Assembly (NCBI GenBank): GCA_041658325.1
Contig: JBBAAI010000001.1
Coordinates: 279,266-343,265 of the forward strand
Reading direction: 5' to 3'
From: Minisyncoccota bacterium
GTDB lineage: Bacteria > Patescibacteriota > Minisyncoccia > Phycocordibacterales > UBA9973
DNA: 64,000 nucleotides
Shown here: positions 46,222 to 55,610 of the stretch, piece after piece
Layout: the number at the start of each line of letters is the position of its first letter
How positions within the stretch are numbered: position 1 is the first letter of the stretch
Position numbers and translations under genes: made by a program
The notes under the pieces: generated by a model
The model's database searches: none
What the model saw: only the letters and a program-made list of their open reading frames with translations
What the model was told of the DNA's origin: nothing

Positions 46222-48159
46222 ATGTACGTAGTAAAAAGATCTCATCATAATCCAATCCTTGCCCCATATAGAGACCATTATTGGGAGGCTTTTGCTACGT
46301 TCAATATGAGTGTCGTAAAAAAAGGTAAAACTTTTTATGGTGTATATCGCGCTATTTCGGCAGAAGATAGATTACTTACTCCACATCAAATTTCTACTAT
46401 AGGTATAGGAAAAAGTGAGAACACTGTGCACTTTGAAGATTGTGTACCTTTTATTGTACCTGAAGAAGAATGGGAAAAATACGGTTGTGAAGATCCACGC
46501 ATTACTTTCTTTGAAGGAAATTATTATACATTTTATACAGCTCTTTCAAAATATCCTTTTGAAGCCAGCGGAATCAAAGTTGCTGTAGCGATTTCAAAAG
46601 ATTTAAAAAAAATCGATGAAAGACATTTGATAACACCTTTTAATGCGAAAGCAATGACTCTTTTCCCGGAACGCATCAATGGAAAGATCACGGTTATTGT
46701 TACGGTAAATACAGATATGCCTCCCTCGAAAATTGCGATAGCACAAGTAGATAAAATAGAAGATTTGTGGAATCAAAAGTTTTGGGAAAAATGGTATTTG
46801 AACATAGATAAATATGCAGTTGATTTTAGAAGAGTACCGTCTGACCATACAGAGATTGGAGCTTCGCCAATTAAAACTGCTCACGGTTGGTTGCTCTTGT
46901 ATTCACATATTCAAAATTATTTTCCTGGGGGAGACGGCTCTGATCGTATCTTTGGAATTGAAGCGGTACTTCTCGATATTAATAATCCTCTTAAAATTTT
47001 AGGACGGACGCGTAGTCCTCTTTTAGTCCCTAGAGAATCATATGAACTGTTAGGGCATGTTTCTGATATAGTTTTTCCCTCGGGCGCAATTTTAGAAAAA
47101 GATACACTTTATATTTATTATGGGGCAGCAGATACAACGACTTGTATGGCTCATGTAAATTTGACTGATCTTTTGGGAACAATTCGTCCAGAAACTTCTC
47201 ACAAATGGCGTTTTTGTCGTTCTTCTAAAAACCCAATTATCACACCAGAAAAAACACATTCATGGGAATCTAAAGCTACGTTTAATCCAGCTGCTTTAAG
47301 AATCCGTGGGATAACCCATTTATTATATCGAGCGCTTTCAGAAGATAATACTTCCTCTATTGGTTATGCTAAAAGTAAAGATGGTATTACTTTCTACGAA
47401 AGATCTGAGCAACCCATTTATATTCCAAGAGAAGATTTTGAATTAAAAAAAGTTGCAGGTGGTAATTCTGGTTGCGAGGATCCTAGATTAACGAAAATAG
47501 GGAAAATTATTTATATGTGCTACACAGCCTTTGATGGCATTGGTCCGCCACGTGTTGCTGTTACTTCTATCACAGAGAAAAATTTTCTTCTTAAAAATTG
47601 GCAATGGGAAAAACCTACCATAATAACACCTGCCGGTTTTGATGATAAAGATACTTGTATTTTTCCTGAAAAAACAAATGGTAAATATTTTATTTTGCAC
47701 CGAGTGGGAGATGAAATGTGTGGAGATTATCTTAAGGCACTTAATTTTAAAACTCAAATAGTTAAAAAATGTACCAGAATCATAGGACCAAGAAAAAACA
47801 GTTGGGACAGTTTAAGAGTTGGAATATCTGCTCCACCAATAAAAACAAAATATGGATGGCTGCTTCTTTATCATGGTATTTCAAAAAGCCATCATACCTA
47901 TCGTATCGGAGCTCTTTTACTTGACCTTAAAGATCCAGCTATAATTTTGGCGCGTTCATCTGATCCTATCTTTGAGCCAGAAGAATTATATGAAAAGGTT
48001 GGTATAGTTAATAACGTTGTTTTCCCGTGCGGGATGGTAGAGAAAGATGGTTTGCTTTATATATATTATGGTGGGGCGGATACAGTTGTCGGAGTAGCCA
48101 CTATGGATCTTAAAATTCTTTTAAGAGCTCTCATGAGGGATATAAAGAAAAAAAGGTAA
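46222..48159 (+). CDS. Tandem double GH130-like (DUF377) domain protein
   Basis: Two full copies of the NPI(L/I).P...W(E/S)..ATFN...YRA(I/L)S...IG(I/Y)(G/A)KS.DG..F block are present. Each has HGWLLLY, YYG(A/G)AD and C-terminal beta-propeller blades. Confidence 0.7.
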   Translation: MYVVKRSHHNPILAPYRDHYWEAFATFNMSVVKKGKTFYGVYRAISAEDRLLTPHQISTIGIGKSENTVHFEDCVPFIVPEEEWEKYGCEDPRITFFEGNYYTFYTALSKYPFEASGIKVAVAISKDLKKIDERHLITPFNAKAMTLFPERINGKITVIVTVNTDMPPSKIAIAQVDKIEDLWNQKFWEKWYLNIDKYAVDFRRVPSDHTEIGASPIKTAHGWLLLYSHIQNYFPGGDGSDRIFGIEAVLLDINNPLKILGRTRSPLLVPRESYELLGHVSDIVFPSGAILEKDTLYIYYGAADTTTCMAHVNLTDLLGTIRPETSHKWRFCRSSKNPIITPEKTHSWESKATFNPAALRIRGITHLLYRALSEDNTSSIGYAKSKDGITFYERSEQPIYIPREDFELKKVAGGNSGCEDPRLTKIGKIIYMCYTAFDGIGPPRVAVTSITEKNFLLKNWQWEKPTIITPAGFDDKDTCIFPEKTNGKYFILHRVGDEMCGDYLKALNFKTQIVKKCTRIIGPRKNSWDSLRVGISAPPIKTKYGWLLLYHGISKSHHTYRIGALLLDLKDPAIILARSSDPIFEPEELYEKVGIVNNVVFPCGMVEKDGLLYIYYGGADTVVGVATMDLKILLRALMRDIKKKR

Positions 48160-48207
48160 GAGTTATTTTGGGTATCATCGTTTTATGATATAATCTCTCT
48201 ATATAGT

Positions 48208-49782
48208 ATGAAAAAAAACGACATAGAGAAAGTGATACTAATAGTTTTGGACGGTTTTGGTTTAGCTCCTAGGGGTCCAGGAAATCCTGTAACGGCAAAA
48301 AACATGCCCTTTTTTGATAGTTTAATTTCGACCTATAAATCTTATAGCTTGGTTGCGGCAGGACTCGTGGTAGGGCTTGAGTGGGGGACTTATGGCAATA
48401 GTGAAGTCGGACACGGGGCCCTTGGTACAGGAAGGGTGGTGGTGCAGAGCTTAGCTAGAATTAACTCTGAAATAAAAGATAGAAAATTTTTCAAAAATGA
48501 AGCTTTTTTAAAAATATTAGAGCATGCAAAAACGAATCATTCTAAAATTCACCTTATTGGTTGTGTGAGTCCTGGTGGGCTACATTCGCACGAAGGTCAT
48601 CTTGTCGGACTTTTGAATTTTTTTGCGGAAAATGATTTTTCTTCAGTCTATGTTCACATGATAACCGACGGAGAAGATAGTGTTCCTGAAGAAGGAATAA
48701 AAAGTCTGGAGAGAATAAACGAAGCACTTGTAAAAGCAAAAGCAAAAATTGTTTCTATCGGTGGTCGCGATTATACAATGGATCGTGTAAAAAACTGGCT
48801 TTTAATCAAAAAAGCTTGGGATGTCATGGTGCACGCGAATGGAGAAAAATATAAAATCCCATCAGATTATTTAAAAAAATCCTACAAAGAGGGGATATTT
48901 GATCCTGATATTGTTCCAGCTTCTTTAGTAGACGATAAGGGACAAAGTATTAAAATAGAAGATGGTGATGGAATTATTTTTTTTAATTTTAGGAATGATC
49001 GAATGAAACAAATAGTAGCACCTTTTGTTTTTGAAGATTTCAAAGATTTTGAAAGGGGTCATATTTTAAAAAATTTAATGGTTGCTACAATGACCAACTA
49101 CGATGACAGTTTTAAAGTATTGGTCGCTTATCCTCCCGACATTCCTGTAAATACTCTGGGAGAAGTTATAAGTAAAAATAAAATGAAACAGCTTCGTTTT
49201 GCAGAGGGTGAAAAAGAAGCTCACGTTACAAACTTTTTTAATGGAGGGAAGCTCGATCCTTATTCCGGAGAAGAAAGAATAATCGCTCGTTCTCGAGCCC
49301 TCTTAGGAAAAGGATATTTAGAACACCCAGAGATGTCTGCTCAAAAAATAACAGAAAATATTTTAAGTAATATTGATAAGCTGTATAGTTTAATGGTTGT
49401 GAATTTTGCTAATAGTGATATGGTGGCGCATTCGGGAGATATTCCTGCTGTAGAAAAAGCTTTAAGTGTTGTGGATAAATCATTAGAAAAAATAATAAAA
49501 GCAGCTGATTTGTCTAAAATGGCGATTATTATAACAGCTGATCATGGCAACGTAGAAGAGATGGTGGACCCAGCTACCAATACTCCAGATACTCAACATT
49601 CAACAGTGAATGTTCCCATTATATTTATAAATGAAAAATTCAAAGATCCAAGTGATAAAAATTTGGATAATTTGTATCAACAAAACCCAGTAGGATCGCT
49701 TATTGACGTAGCCCCAACAATTTTAGGTATTTTGGGCATTGATAAACCTAAAGAAATGTCTGGGACTAAGATTATAGATTGA
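48208..49782 (+). CDS. gpmI: 2,3-bisphosphoglycerate-independent phosphoglycerate mutase
   Basis: The iPGM N-terminus LIVLDGFGLAP is present. The catalytic Ser region and metal-binding residues are ADHGN and MVAHSGD. Confidence 0.9.
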   Translation: MKKNDIEKVILIVLDGFGLAPRGPGNPVTAKNMPFFDSLISTYKSYSLVAAGLVVGLEWGTYGNSEVGHGALGTGRVVVQSLARINSEIKDRKFFKNEAFLKILEHAKTNHSKIHLIGCVSPGGLHSHEGHLVGLLNFFAENDFSSVYVHMITDGEDSVPEEGIKSLERINEALVKAKAKIVSIGGRDYTMDRVKNWLLIKKAWDVMVHANGEKYKIPSDYLKKSYKEGIFDPDIVPASLVDDKGQSIKIEDGDGIIFFNFRNDRMKQIVAPFVFEDFKDFERGHILKNLMVATMTNYDDSFKVLVAYPPDIPVNTLGEVISKNKMKQLRFAEGEKEAHVTNFFNGGKLDPYSGEERIIARSRALLGKGYLEHPEMSAQKITENILSNIDKLYSLMVVNFANSDMVAHSGDIPAVEKALSVVDKSLEKIIKAADLSKMAIIITADHGNVEEMVDPATNTPDTQHSTVNVPIIFINEKFKDPSDKNLDNLYQQNPVGSLIDVAPTILGILGIDKPKEMSGTKIID

Positions 49783-49881
49783 ATAATTTAATATAAAGCT
49801 TGTGGAAATCGTGCGGGGGGGGGGTATAATTAGCTCGTCGAGATTTTATAAATTATAGTATAACAAAACAAAAAGAAATTC

Positions 49882-51750
49882 ATGAGGAAAATATTTAAAA
49901 GTAAAATTTTAATATTAATAATCTTATTGGGGCTATCAGCTCAAATAGCTTTTGCTTATAGTATTACACCGTTTGGTATTACTGATGCTATTCCCGGGGG
50001 GATAACAATAGACGGAGCCGGGAATATATATACGGCAAACTACAATGGTGCAAATAACGTCTCTAAAATCACTCCAGCCGGTGTTTCAACTATTCTTGGC
50101 ACTACTGGTGCCGAGCCGACCGGCATAATAACAGACGGAGCCGGGAATATATATACGGCAAACTATAGCGCAAATAACGTCTCTAAAATCACTCCAGCCG
50201 GTGTTTCAACTATTCTTGGCACGACTGGTACCAATCCGTATAGTATAACAATAGACGGAGATGGGAATATATATACGGCAAACATTGGTTCAGATAATGT
50301 CACTAAGATCACCCCAGCCGGTGTTTCAACTATTCTTGGCACTACTGGTGCCGGTCCGTATGGTATAACAATAGACGGAGCTGGGAATATATATACTTCA
50401 AACTATAGCGCAAATAACGTCTCTAAAATCACTCCAGCCGGTGTTTCAACTATTCTTGGCACGACTGGTAATGGTCCATGGGGTATAACAATAGACGGAG
50501 CTGGAAATATATATACTTCAAACTATGAAGCAAACAACGTCTCTAAAATCACTCCAGCCGGTGTTTCAACTATTCTTGGCACTACTGGTGCCAATCCGCA
50601 AGATATAACAATAGACGGAGCTGGGAATATATATACTTCAAACTATAGCGCAAATAACGTCTCTAAAATCACTCCAGCCGGTGTTTCAACTATTCTTGGC
50701 ACTACTGGTACCGAGCCGCAAGAGATAACAATAGACGGAGCTGGGAATATATATACGGCAAACAGTGGCTCAAATAATGTTTCTAAAATCACTAATCCGA
50801 CAATCACCGAAGTAACTCCGGTTACAACGCCAATAGTTACTGATAGTCTATTAGACTATACTTTTAATAGCAATAGCGATGGATCAATTTCTGTAGGGGG
50901 CTCTTGTGGTTCAATCACAACAAGCGCAATCGCAGGAGATAATGCTATTACTTTTGATGCGCTTCCTGCTGGCACATATTCTAATTGTACAATAATAGTT
51001 ACCGATAGTTTTGGTCCAAGTAATACGCTTGCAGTTTCTTCTTTTGTTGTTTCTACTACCCCCACCGTCACATCTTCTCCTGCCACAAACATAACTAGAG
51101 TCGGAGCCACCTTAAATGGAGAAATCACTGCTACCGGAGGAGCCGATGCTACCGCCAGAGGTTTCCAATATGGTATGACCAACAGTTATGGCACGACAGT
51201 TACTGAATCAAGTGGTCCCTACAGTACAGGAGTCTTCACCGCTGACCTCTCTAACTTACTCACCTGTGGTCAACCCTACTATTTCCGTGCTTACGCTACC
51301 AACATTGCAGGTACGAGCTATGGAGCAGAAACTACTTTTACCACCACTACTTGTGATACCGGAGGGGGAGGAGGCGGAACAGTAACTCCACCTCCAGTAA
51401 TTCCTCCCGTAACCCCACCCGTTGTTCCTCCTGTCACTCCACCGGTTGTACCACCACCCACAACCATAAACACCATCTGTAATCTTGGAGATAATTTCAG
51501 TGCTACAACTGGTTTGCCTTGTACTTCTTATTATCAAACAAATCCAACATCAAGTTGTCCCATTACTGTTACTTTAAGGTTTGGTTATAGGGGGAATCAA
51601 GTTAAATGTTTACAAATAGGTTTAAATATTTCTGCTGATGGTATTTTTGGATTACAAACCAAAGCGGCTGTTATTAAATTTCAAAAAAGCAAGGGTTTGG
51701 TGCCAGACGGAATATTTGGTCCTAAATCACGAGCTTTGTGGCTAAAATAA
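49882..51750 (+). CDS. Secreted repeat protein: ~9 tandem 40-aa beta-propeller (NHL/SBBP-like) repeats, Pro-rich linker, C-terminal PG_binding_1 domain
   Basis: A signal peptide is predicted. The repeat ITIDGAGNIYT(A/S)NY.ANNVSKITPAGVSTILGTTG occurs ~9 times. The Pro-rich linker is PPVIPPVTPPVVPPVTPPVVPPP. The C-terminal PGB1 domain is ADGIFGLQTKAAVIKFQKSKGLVPDGIFGPKS. Confidence 0.65.
   Translation: MRKIFKSKILILIILLGLSAQIAFAYSITPFGITDAIPGGITIDGAGNIYTANYNGANNVSKITPAGVSTILGTTGAEPTGIITDGAGNIYTANYSANNVSKITPAGVSTILGTTGTNPYSITIDGDGNIYTANIGSDNVTKITPAGVSTILGTTGAGPYGITIDGAGNIYTSNYSANNVSKITPAGVSTILGTTGNGPWGITIDGAGNIYTSNYEANNVSKITPAGVSTILGTTGANPQDITIDGAGNIYTSNYSANNVSKITPAGVSTILGTTGTEPQEITIDGAGNIYTANSGSNNVSKITNPTITEVTPVTTPIVTDSLLDYTFNSNSDGSISVGGSCGSITTSAIAGDNAITFDALPAGTYSNCTIIVTDSFGPSNTLAVSSFVVSTTPTVTSSPATNITRVGATLNGEITATGGADATARGFQYGMTNSYGTTVTESSGPYSTGVFTADLSNLLTCGQPYYFRAYATNIAGTSYGAETTFTTTTCDTGGGGGGTVTPPPVIPPVTPPVVPPVTPPVVPPPTTINTICNLGDNFSATTGLPCTSYYQTNPTSSCPITVTLRFGYRGNQVKCLQIGLNISADGIFGLQTKAAVIKFQKSKGLVPDGIFGPKSRALWLK
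49990..50790 (+). repeat. Near-identical ~120-123-bp tandem DNA repeats (about 7 units) inside the 49882 gene
   Basis: The block ctctaaaatcactccagccggtgtttcaactattcttggcac recurs at ~120-bp period with only a few substitutions per unit. The repeats are in-frame coding. Confidence 0.7.
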
Positions 51751-51798
51751 AAGAGTTTACCCGTTGGGTATTTTTTGACAATCAGTTTTTTAAAAATG

Positions 51799-51807
51799 TG
51801 ATACAAT
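51799..51807 (+). promoter_or_regulatory. Extended -10 promoter element (TGaTACAAT) upstream of hpf
   Basis: This is a TGnTAnAAT-type extended -10. It would place the transcription start at about 51814-51816, the first base of the inverted repeat. Confidence 0.35.
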
Positions 51808-51814
51808 AAATATA

Positions 51815-51886
51815 TGCATCCCGTTAGAAATCTACGGGATTTGCAGAAAAGTAGATTATTAACTAATTAATTTCTAACGGGATGCA
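51815..51886 (+). promoter_or_regulatory. Perfect 17-bp inverted repeat in the hpf 5' leader that encloses the start codon
   Basis: The left arm tgcatcccgttagaaat (51815-51831) is the exact reverse complement of the right arm atttctaacgggatgca (51870-51886). The right arm contains the hpf ATG (51882-51884) and its RBS. A nested atctac...gtagat repeat lies in the loop. Confidence 0.5.
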
Positions 51887-52280
51887 AATAAATTTACAAG
51901 GGAAAAATATGGAGTTGACAGAGGCTATTAAGGATTATGCCTTGAAAAGAGTTACTAATTTGGGTAAACTGCTTTCTTCGATTGAAAAAGGAGGAGGTGA
52001 AGTTATGATTAATCTTGAAGTTGGTCAAAGTACGAAGCATCACAAATCAGGCGTTATTTTTCATTCTGATTGCTTAGTTAATATTAATGGGGAAAAGTTT
52101 TATTCAGAAAGCGACAATGAAGATTTATACGCCGCTATTGATGCGGTAAAAGATAGTCTTTTCAACGAAATAGAAAAAAACAAAAATCGTAAACAAACAC
52201 TTTTCAGACGTGGAGCATCAAGTATTAAAAAGATGTTAAAGGGACTTTCAGACCGTAACCCGTTTACTTCAAAATATTAG
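51882..52280 (+). CDS. hpf: Ribosome hibernation-promoting factor / RaiA family
   Basis: The N-terminus MQINLQGKNMELTEAIKDYALKRV aligns to the HPF consensus MNIQITGKNIEVTEAIRDYV. Confidence 0.8.
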   Translation: MQINLQGKNMELTEAIKDYALKRVTNLGKLLSSIEKGGGEVMINLEVGQSTKHHKSGVIFHSDCLVNINGEKFYSESDNEDLYAAIDAVKDSLFNEIEKNKNRKQTLFRRGASSIKKMLKGLSDRNPFTSKY

Positions 52281-53091
52281 TTTTTAATAAATCTTCGTAT
52301 TTTATTTCCTTTTTACCTTCTGGTAACACTTTTTTGATTGCAAACTCTCCATCTTCCAATATTGCGTCAGTAATAATAATTCTTTTTCCATCTTTAAAAA
52401 AGAAAGTTCTGGGCCAGTATGCATAGGCGCGAAATTTGTTGTAATTTTTTATAGCGCTGTCGTTTAAATCAATAAGTCCATCCTCTTTTTTGATTTTTTT
52501 ACAAAAAGTTGCTTCGGATTCATCCTGAGCAATTTCTTTAATTTTTCCATTAATAAAATCTGGTAAAGTTTTTGTTAGAAGTTCTCCACCAGTCTTTATT
52601 AAACGAGTCTTTAGCTCTGGTGTTTTTTCATCAGGTAATATTGTTGTTTTTTCTTTAGCAATAACGGGCCCAGAGTCCATTTTGTATGCCATTTTTTGAA
52701 TTGTCACTCCTGTCTCTGTTTCGCCATTTAGAATTACAGATTCTACTGGTGAGGCTCCTCGATATTTTGGAAGTAGAGAATAGTGAACATTAATAGAGCC
52801 TAATTTTGGTATATTTAAGAGATTCTCTGGTATTATTTTCCCGTAGGCAACAACGATAGATAAATCTGCTTGAAAATCTATGTCTAATTTTTCTGGCTGA
52901 ACGTAAGGAATATTGTTTTTTATTGCCCAAATTTTTACTGGCGGGGGAGTAATAAGCATTTTACGTCCTTGTGGTTTGTCAGGCGCAGTCACAATAAGTG
53001 ATGGTAGAAAGCCATTTTTTTTTAAAATCTCCAAAGTTTCATATGCTACATCTGGAGTACCCCAAAATATAAAGTTCAATTTTTCCTTCAT
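52264..53091 (-). CDS. fmt: Methionyl-tRNA formyltransferase
   Basis: The N-terminus is IFWGTPDVAYETLEIL. The formyltransferase core is IINVHYSLLPKYRGASPV. It follows def in the conserved order. Confidence 0.85.
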   Translation of the reverse strand: MKEKLNFIFWGTPDVAYETLEILKKNGFLPSLIVTAPDKPQGRKMLITPPPVKIWAIKNNIPYVQPEKLDIDFQADLSIVVAYGKIIPENLLNIPKLGSINVHYSLLPKYRGASPVESVILNGETETGVTIQKMAYKMDSGPVIAKEKTTILPDEKTPELKTRLIKTGGELLTKTLPDFINGKIKEIAQDESEATFCKKIKKEDGLIDLNDSAIKNYNKFRAYAYWPRTFFFKDGKRIIITDAILEDGEFAIKKVLPEGKKEIKYEDLLKTNILK

Positions 53092-53092
53092 T

Positions 53093-53632
53093 TTATTTAG
53101 GCAATTCTTCTTTTATTTCTTTTGCGTGGTCAATAAAAAGTATGCCATTTAAATGATCAGTTTCGTGTTGAAAAATTTGTGCCAGAAGTCCAGAAGCACC
53201 TCTAGTAAATTTTTTACCATTTTCATCGTAGGCCGTGATCGTTGCCTTTTTGGATCTAAAAGTCTTGCCATAAAGCCATCTTACAGAAAGACACCCTTCA
53301 GGTAACCAGTCTTTTTCTCTAGATAGTTTAGAAATTTTGGGGTTTATGAAAATTAGATCCTTAATATTTTCTTTGTCTTTTGACACATCGTCAATATTTT
53401 TTTCTCTATCTTTAGTAAAATCTTTTTCAAATATTTTTCCCGATACGACAAAAATTCGTAATGGATATCCAATTTGTGGCGCAGCGATAGCTACGCCATC
53501 ACTCTGGCTTTTTAATGCTTCAGACATTTCTTTCAAGACAGTTTTTATTTTTTTTGTTTTAATATCAGCAATATCCAATTCTGTTGCATTTTGACGCAAA
53601 ACTTTTTCTTTTTGTTGAAGAATTTTCTTCAT
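53093..53632 (-). CDS. def: Peptide deformylase
   Basis: All three PDF motifs are present: GVAIAAPQIG, EGCLSV and HETDHLNG. Confidence 0.9.
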   Translation of the reverse strand: MKKILQQKEKVLRQNATELDIADIKTKKIKTVLKEMSEALKSQSDGVAIAAPQIGYPLRIFVVSGKIFEKDFTKDREKNIDDVSKDKENIKDLIFINPKISKLSREKDWLPEGCLSVRWLYGKTFRSKKATITAYDENGKKFTRGASGLLAQIFQHETDHLNGILFIDHAKEIKEELPK

Positions 53633-53637
53633 TTCTT

Positions 53638-54945
53638 TTATTTAATTTCTTTTAAATATTCCAGAAGTTTGTTTAATTTAACAGTTTCTTGAGATCTATT
53701 AGACATATCTCGCACAATAACAGAATTATCAAGTGCTTCTTTTACTCCAAAGATTATGGCATAGGGAATAGCTAATTTTTCAGCGATGGAGAGTTGAGAT
53801 CCTATGCTATCCTTAGAAAGTGATTGAGTTATGGGAATATGTGCCTTGCGTAATATTTCGATTATATTTAAACTTTTTAGTTTAGCTTCAGATCCTAATT
53901 GAATGAAATAAATTTTTGGTTTCTTTAATATGCGGGGTGAAAGTTTTTTATACCAGGTTGATGCGATTATTCGATCTACGCCAATAGATATTCCTACTGC
54001 TGGGACATCACGCTTGTTTCCTATTTGGCGAGCTAAATAATCATAACGCCCACCACCAGCGAGAGTAAGAGGTAATCCTTCTTCGCTTCCTTTTTGTTCT
54101 ATAATTTCAAAAACAGTACGAGTATAATAAGAAAGTCCACGTACTAAATTTTTGTTTATATTATAGGAGATATTCATTTCTTCTAAATATTCCAATACTT
54201 CTTTGAAATGTTTTTTGCAGGAAGTACAAAGAAAGGAGATTGAATCTGGGGCACCCTCGTTGATTTCTCTCGTTTTTTCTTCTTTTGAATCTAAGATTCG
54301 AAGTGGGTTTGTTTTTAAGCGTTCACGGTCTACTGCTGGTAGACTACTTAGGTGTTTTTTATAATAATTTGTGAGTTCTTTCAAATATACACTCTTGCAC
54401 TCTTTGTCACCTATTGAGTTTATATCTATTGAAAGATTAGAAGCTCCAGCTTCTTCCAATATACTTATACCTGTCTTTATTACTAACGCATCCATAATGC
54501 TTTTATCATTTCCCAAGCAATCTAAATCAAATTGCCAAAATTGTCTGTATCGTCCACGTTGAGGTTTGTCGTGTCTAAAAACTGGACCATATTGATAAAA
54601 CATTACTGGTTGAGGCATTGTTTGCATTCCATGTTCTATATAAGCACGCATAAGTGGGGCAGTGTGTTCAGGCCTGAGGGCTAAATGATCTCCTCCTTTG
54701 GTTTTAAGTGTATACATTTCTTTATCTATAATGTCAGTGCCTTCTCCTATGCTTCCAGTAAAAACTCCTTCATATTCCAACATAGGTGTTTCTATCGGCT
54801 TGAAACCATAATACATTGCTACCTCTTGAGCCTTTTCGAAAAATCCTTGAAAAGAATAATATTCTTCATTTATCAAATCTCGCATTCCTTTTGGTGAAGA
54901 AATATCTGTTATCTTATTTTTATTTGTGTGTGCTGTTTTTTTCAT
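53638..54945 (-). CDS. hisS: Histidyl-tRNA synthetase
   Basis: The class IIa motifs and HisRS N-terminus GMRDLINEEYY...FKPIETPMLE are present, with a C-terminal anticodon-binding domain. Confidence 0.9.
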   Translation of the reverse strand: MKKTAHTNKNKITDISSPKGMRDLINEEYYSFQGFFEKAQEVAMYYGFKPIETPMLEYEGVFTGSIGEGTDIIDKEMYTLKTKGGDHLALRPEHTAPLMRAYIEHGMQTMPQPVMFYQYGPVFRHDKPQRGRYRQFWQFDLDCLGNDKSIMDALVIKTGISILEEAGASNLSIDINSIGDKECKSVYLKELTNYYKKHLSSLPAVDRERLKTNPLRILDSKEEKTREINEGAPDSISFLCTSCKKHFKEVLEYLEEMNISYNINKNLVRGLSYYTRTVFEIIEQKGSEEGLPLTLAGGGRYDYLARQIGNKRDVPAVGISIGVDRIIASTWYKKLSPRILKKPKIYFIQLGSEAKLKSLNIIEILRKAHIPITQSLSKDSIGSQLSIAEKLAIPYAIIFGVKEALDNSVIVRDMSNRSQETVKLNKLLEYLKEIK

Positions 54946-54958
54946 AATTTTACTAGTT

Positions 54959-55510
54959 TTAGTTGTAATTGCCGGGTAATATATCTATTTTATTTATGGG
55001 TAATAATCGCAAAAATGCTTTTCCTGATAGGAGATTTTTCTTTACCGCTCCCCAATATCTTGAATCAGAACTTGCTCCCCTGTTATCACCCAGTACAAAA
55101 TATTCATCACTTTTTAATTCAAGATGGGCATCAATTCCACCAAAATTTTTTATAAAAGGTTGGTCCAATTTAAAGCCGTCTTTATTTTCTTCGTTTGTGA
55201 TAGTTACTTCATTATTTTTTATATCCACTGTTTCATTGGGAAGACCGATAATTCTTTTAATAAAGAATTTCGTTGGGTTGTTCGGATATCGGAAAACAAC
55301 TACGTCGTTTCTTTGTGGACTGCTTAATTTATAAGATAATTTGTCTACGATTAAATAATCTCCGTTTTGAAAAGTCGGTGCCATTGAAAGACCCGAAACG
55401 ATAAATGGTTCAGCGATAAAGAGACGAATAGGTATAACTATAATCAACGCAATTACCGCAAAACGTACAAGTTCCAAAAATGATTGCCATTTATTTTTTA
55501 TTTGTTCCAT
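54959..55510 (-). CDS. lepB: Signal peptidase I
   Basis: The S26 catalytic Ser box is SGLSMAPTF and the Lys box is YFVLGDNRGASSDSR. Confidence 0.85.
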   Translation of the reverse strand: MEQIKNKWQSFLELVRFAVIALIIVIPIRLFIAEPFIVSGLSMAPTFQNGDYLIVDKLSYKLSSPQRNDVVVFRYPNNPTKFFIKRIIGLPNETVDIKNNEVTITNEENKDGFKLDQPFIKNFGGIDAHLELKSDEYFVLGDNRGASSDSRYWGAVKKNLLSGKAFLRLLPINKIDILPGNYN

Positions 55511-55610
55511 TGGTATAGTATAGCAGGTTTAATCCTTGACAGGGTAGTAAAATTAATTGGATAATGATTAATTTTGAATTAAGAATTACAAAGTTTGTTA
55601 TGATAGGAAT

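Noticed and set aside
49990-50790. Regular ~120-bp repeats that could suggest a CRISPR array
   Set aside because: The repeats are contiguous with no unique spacers. The period is far longer than CRISPR repeats. They are in-frame within a long ORF encoding 40-aa propeller blades.
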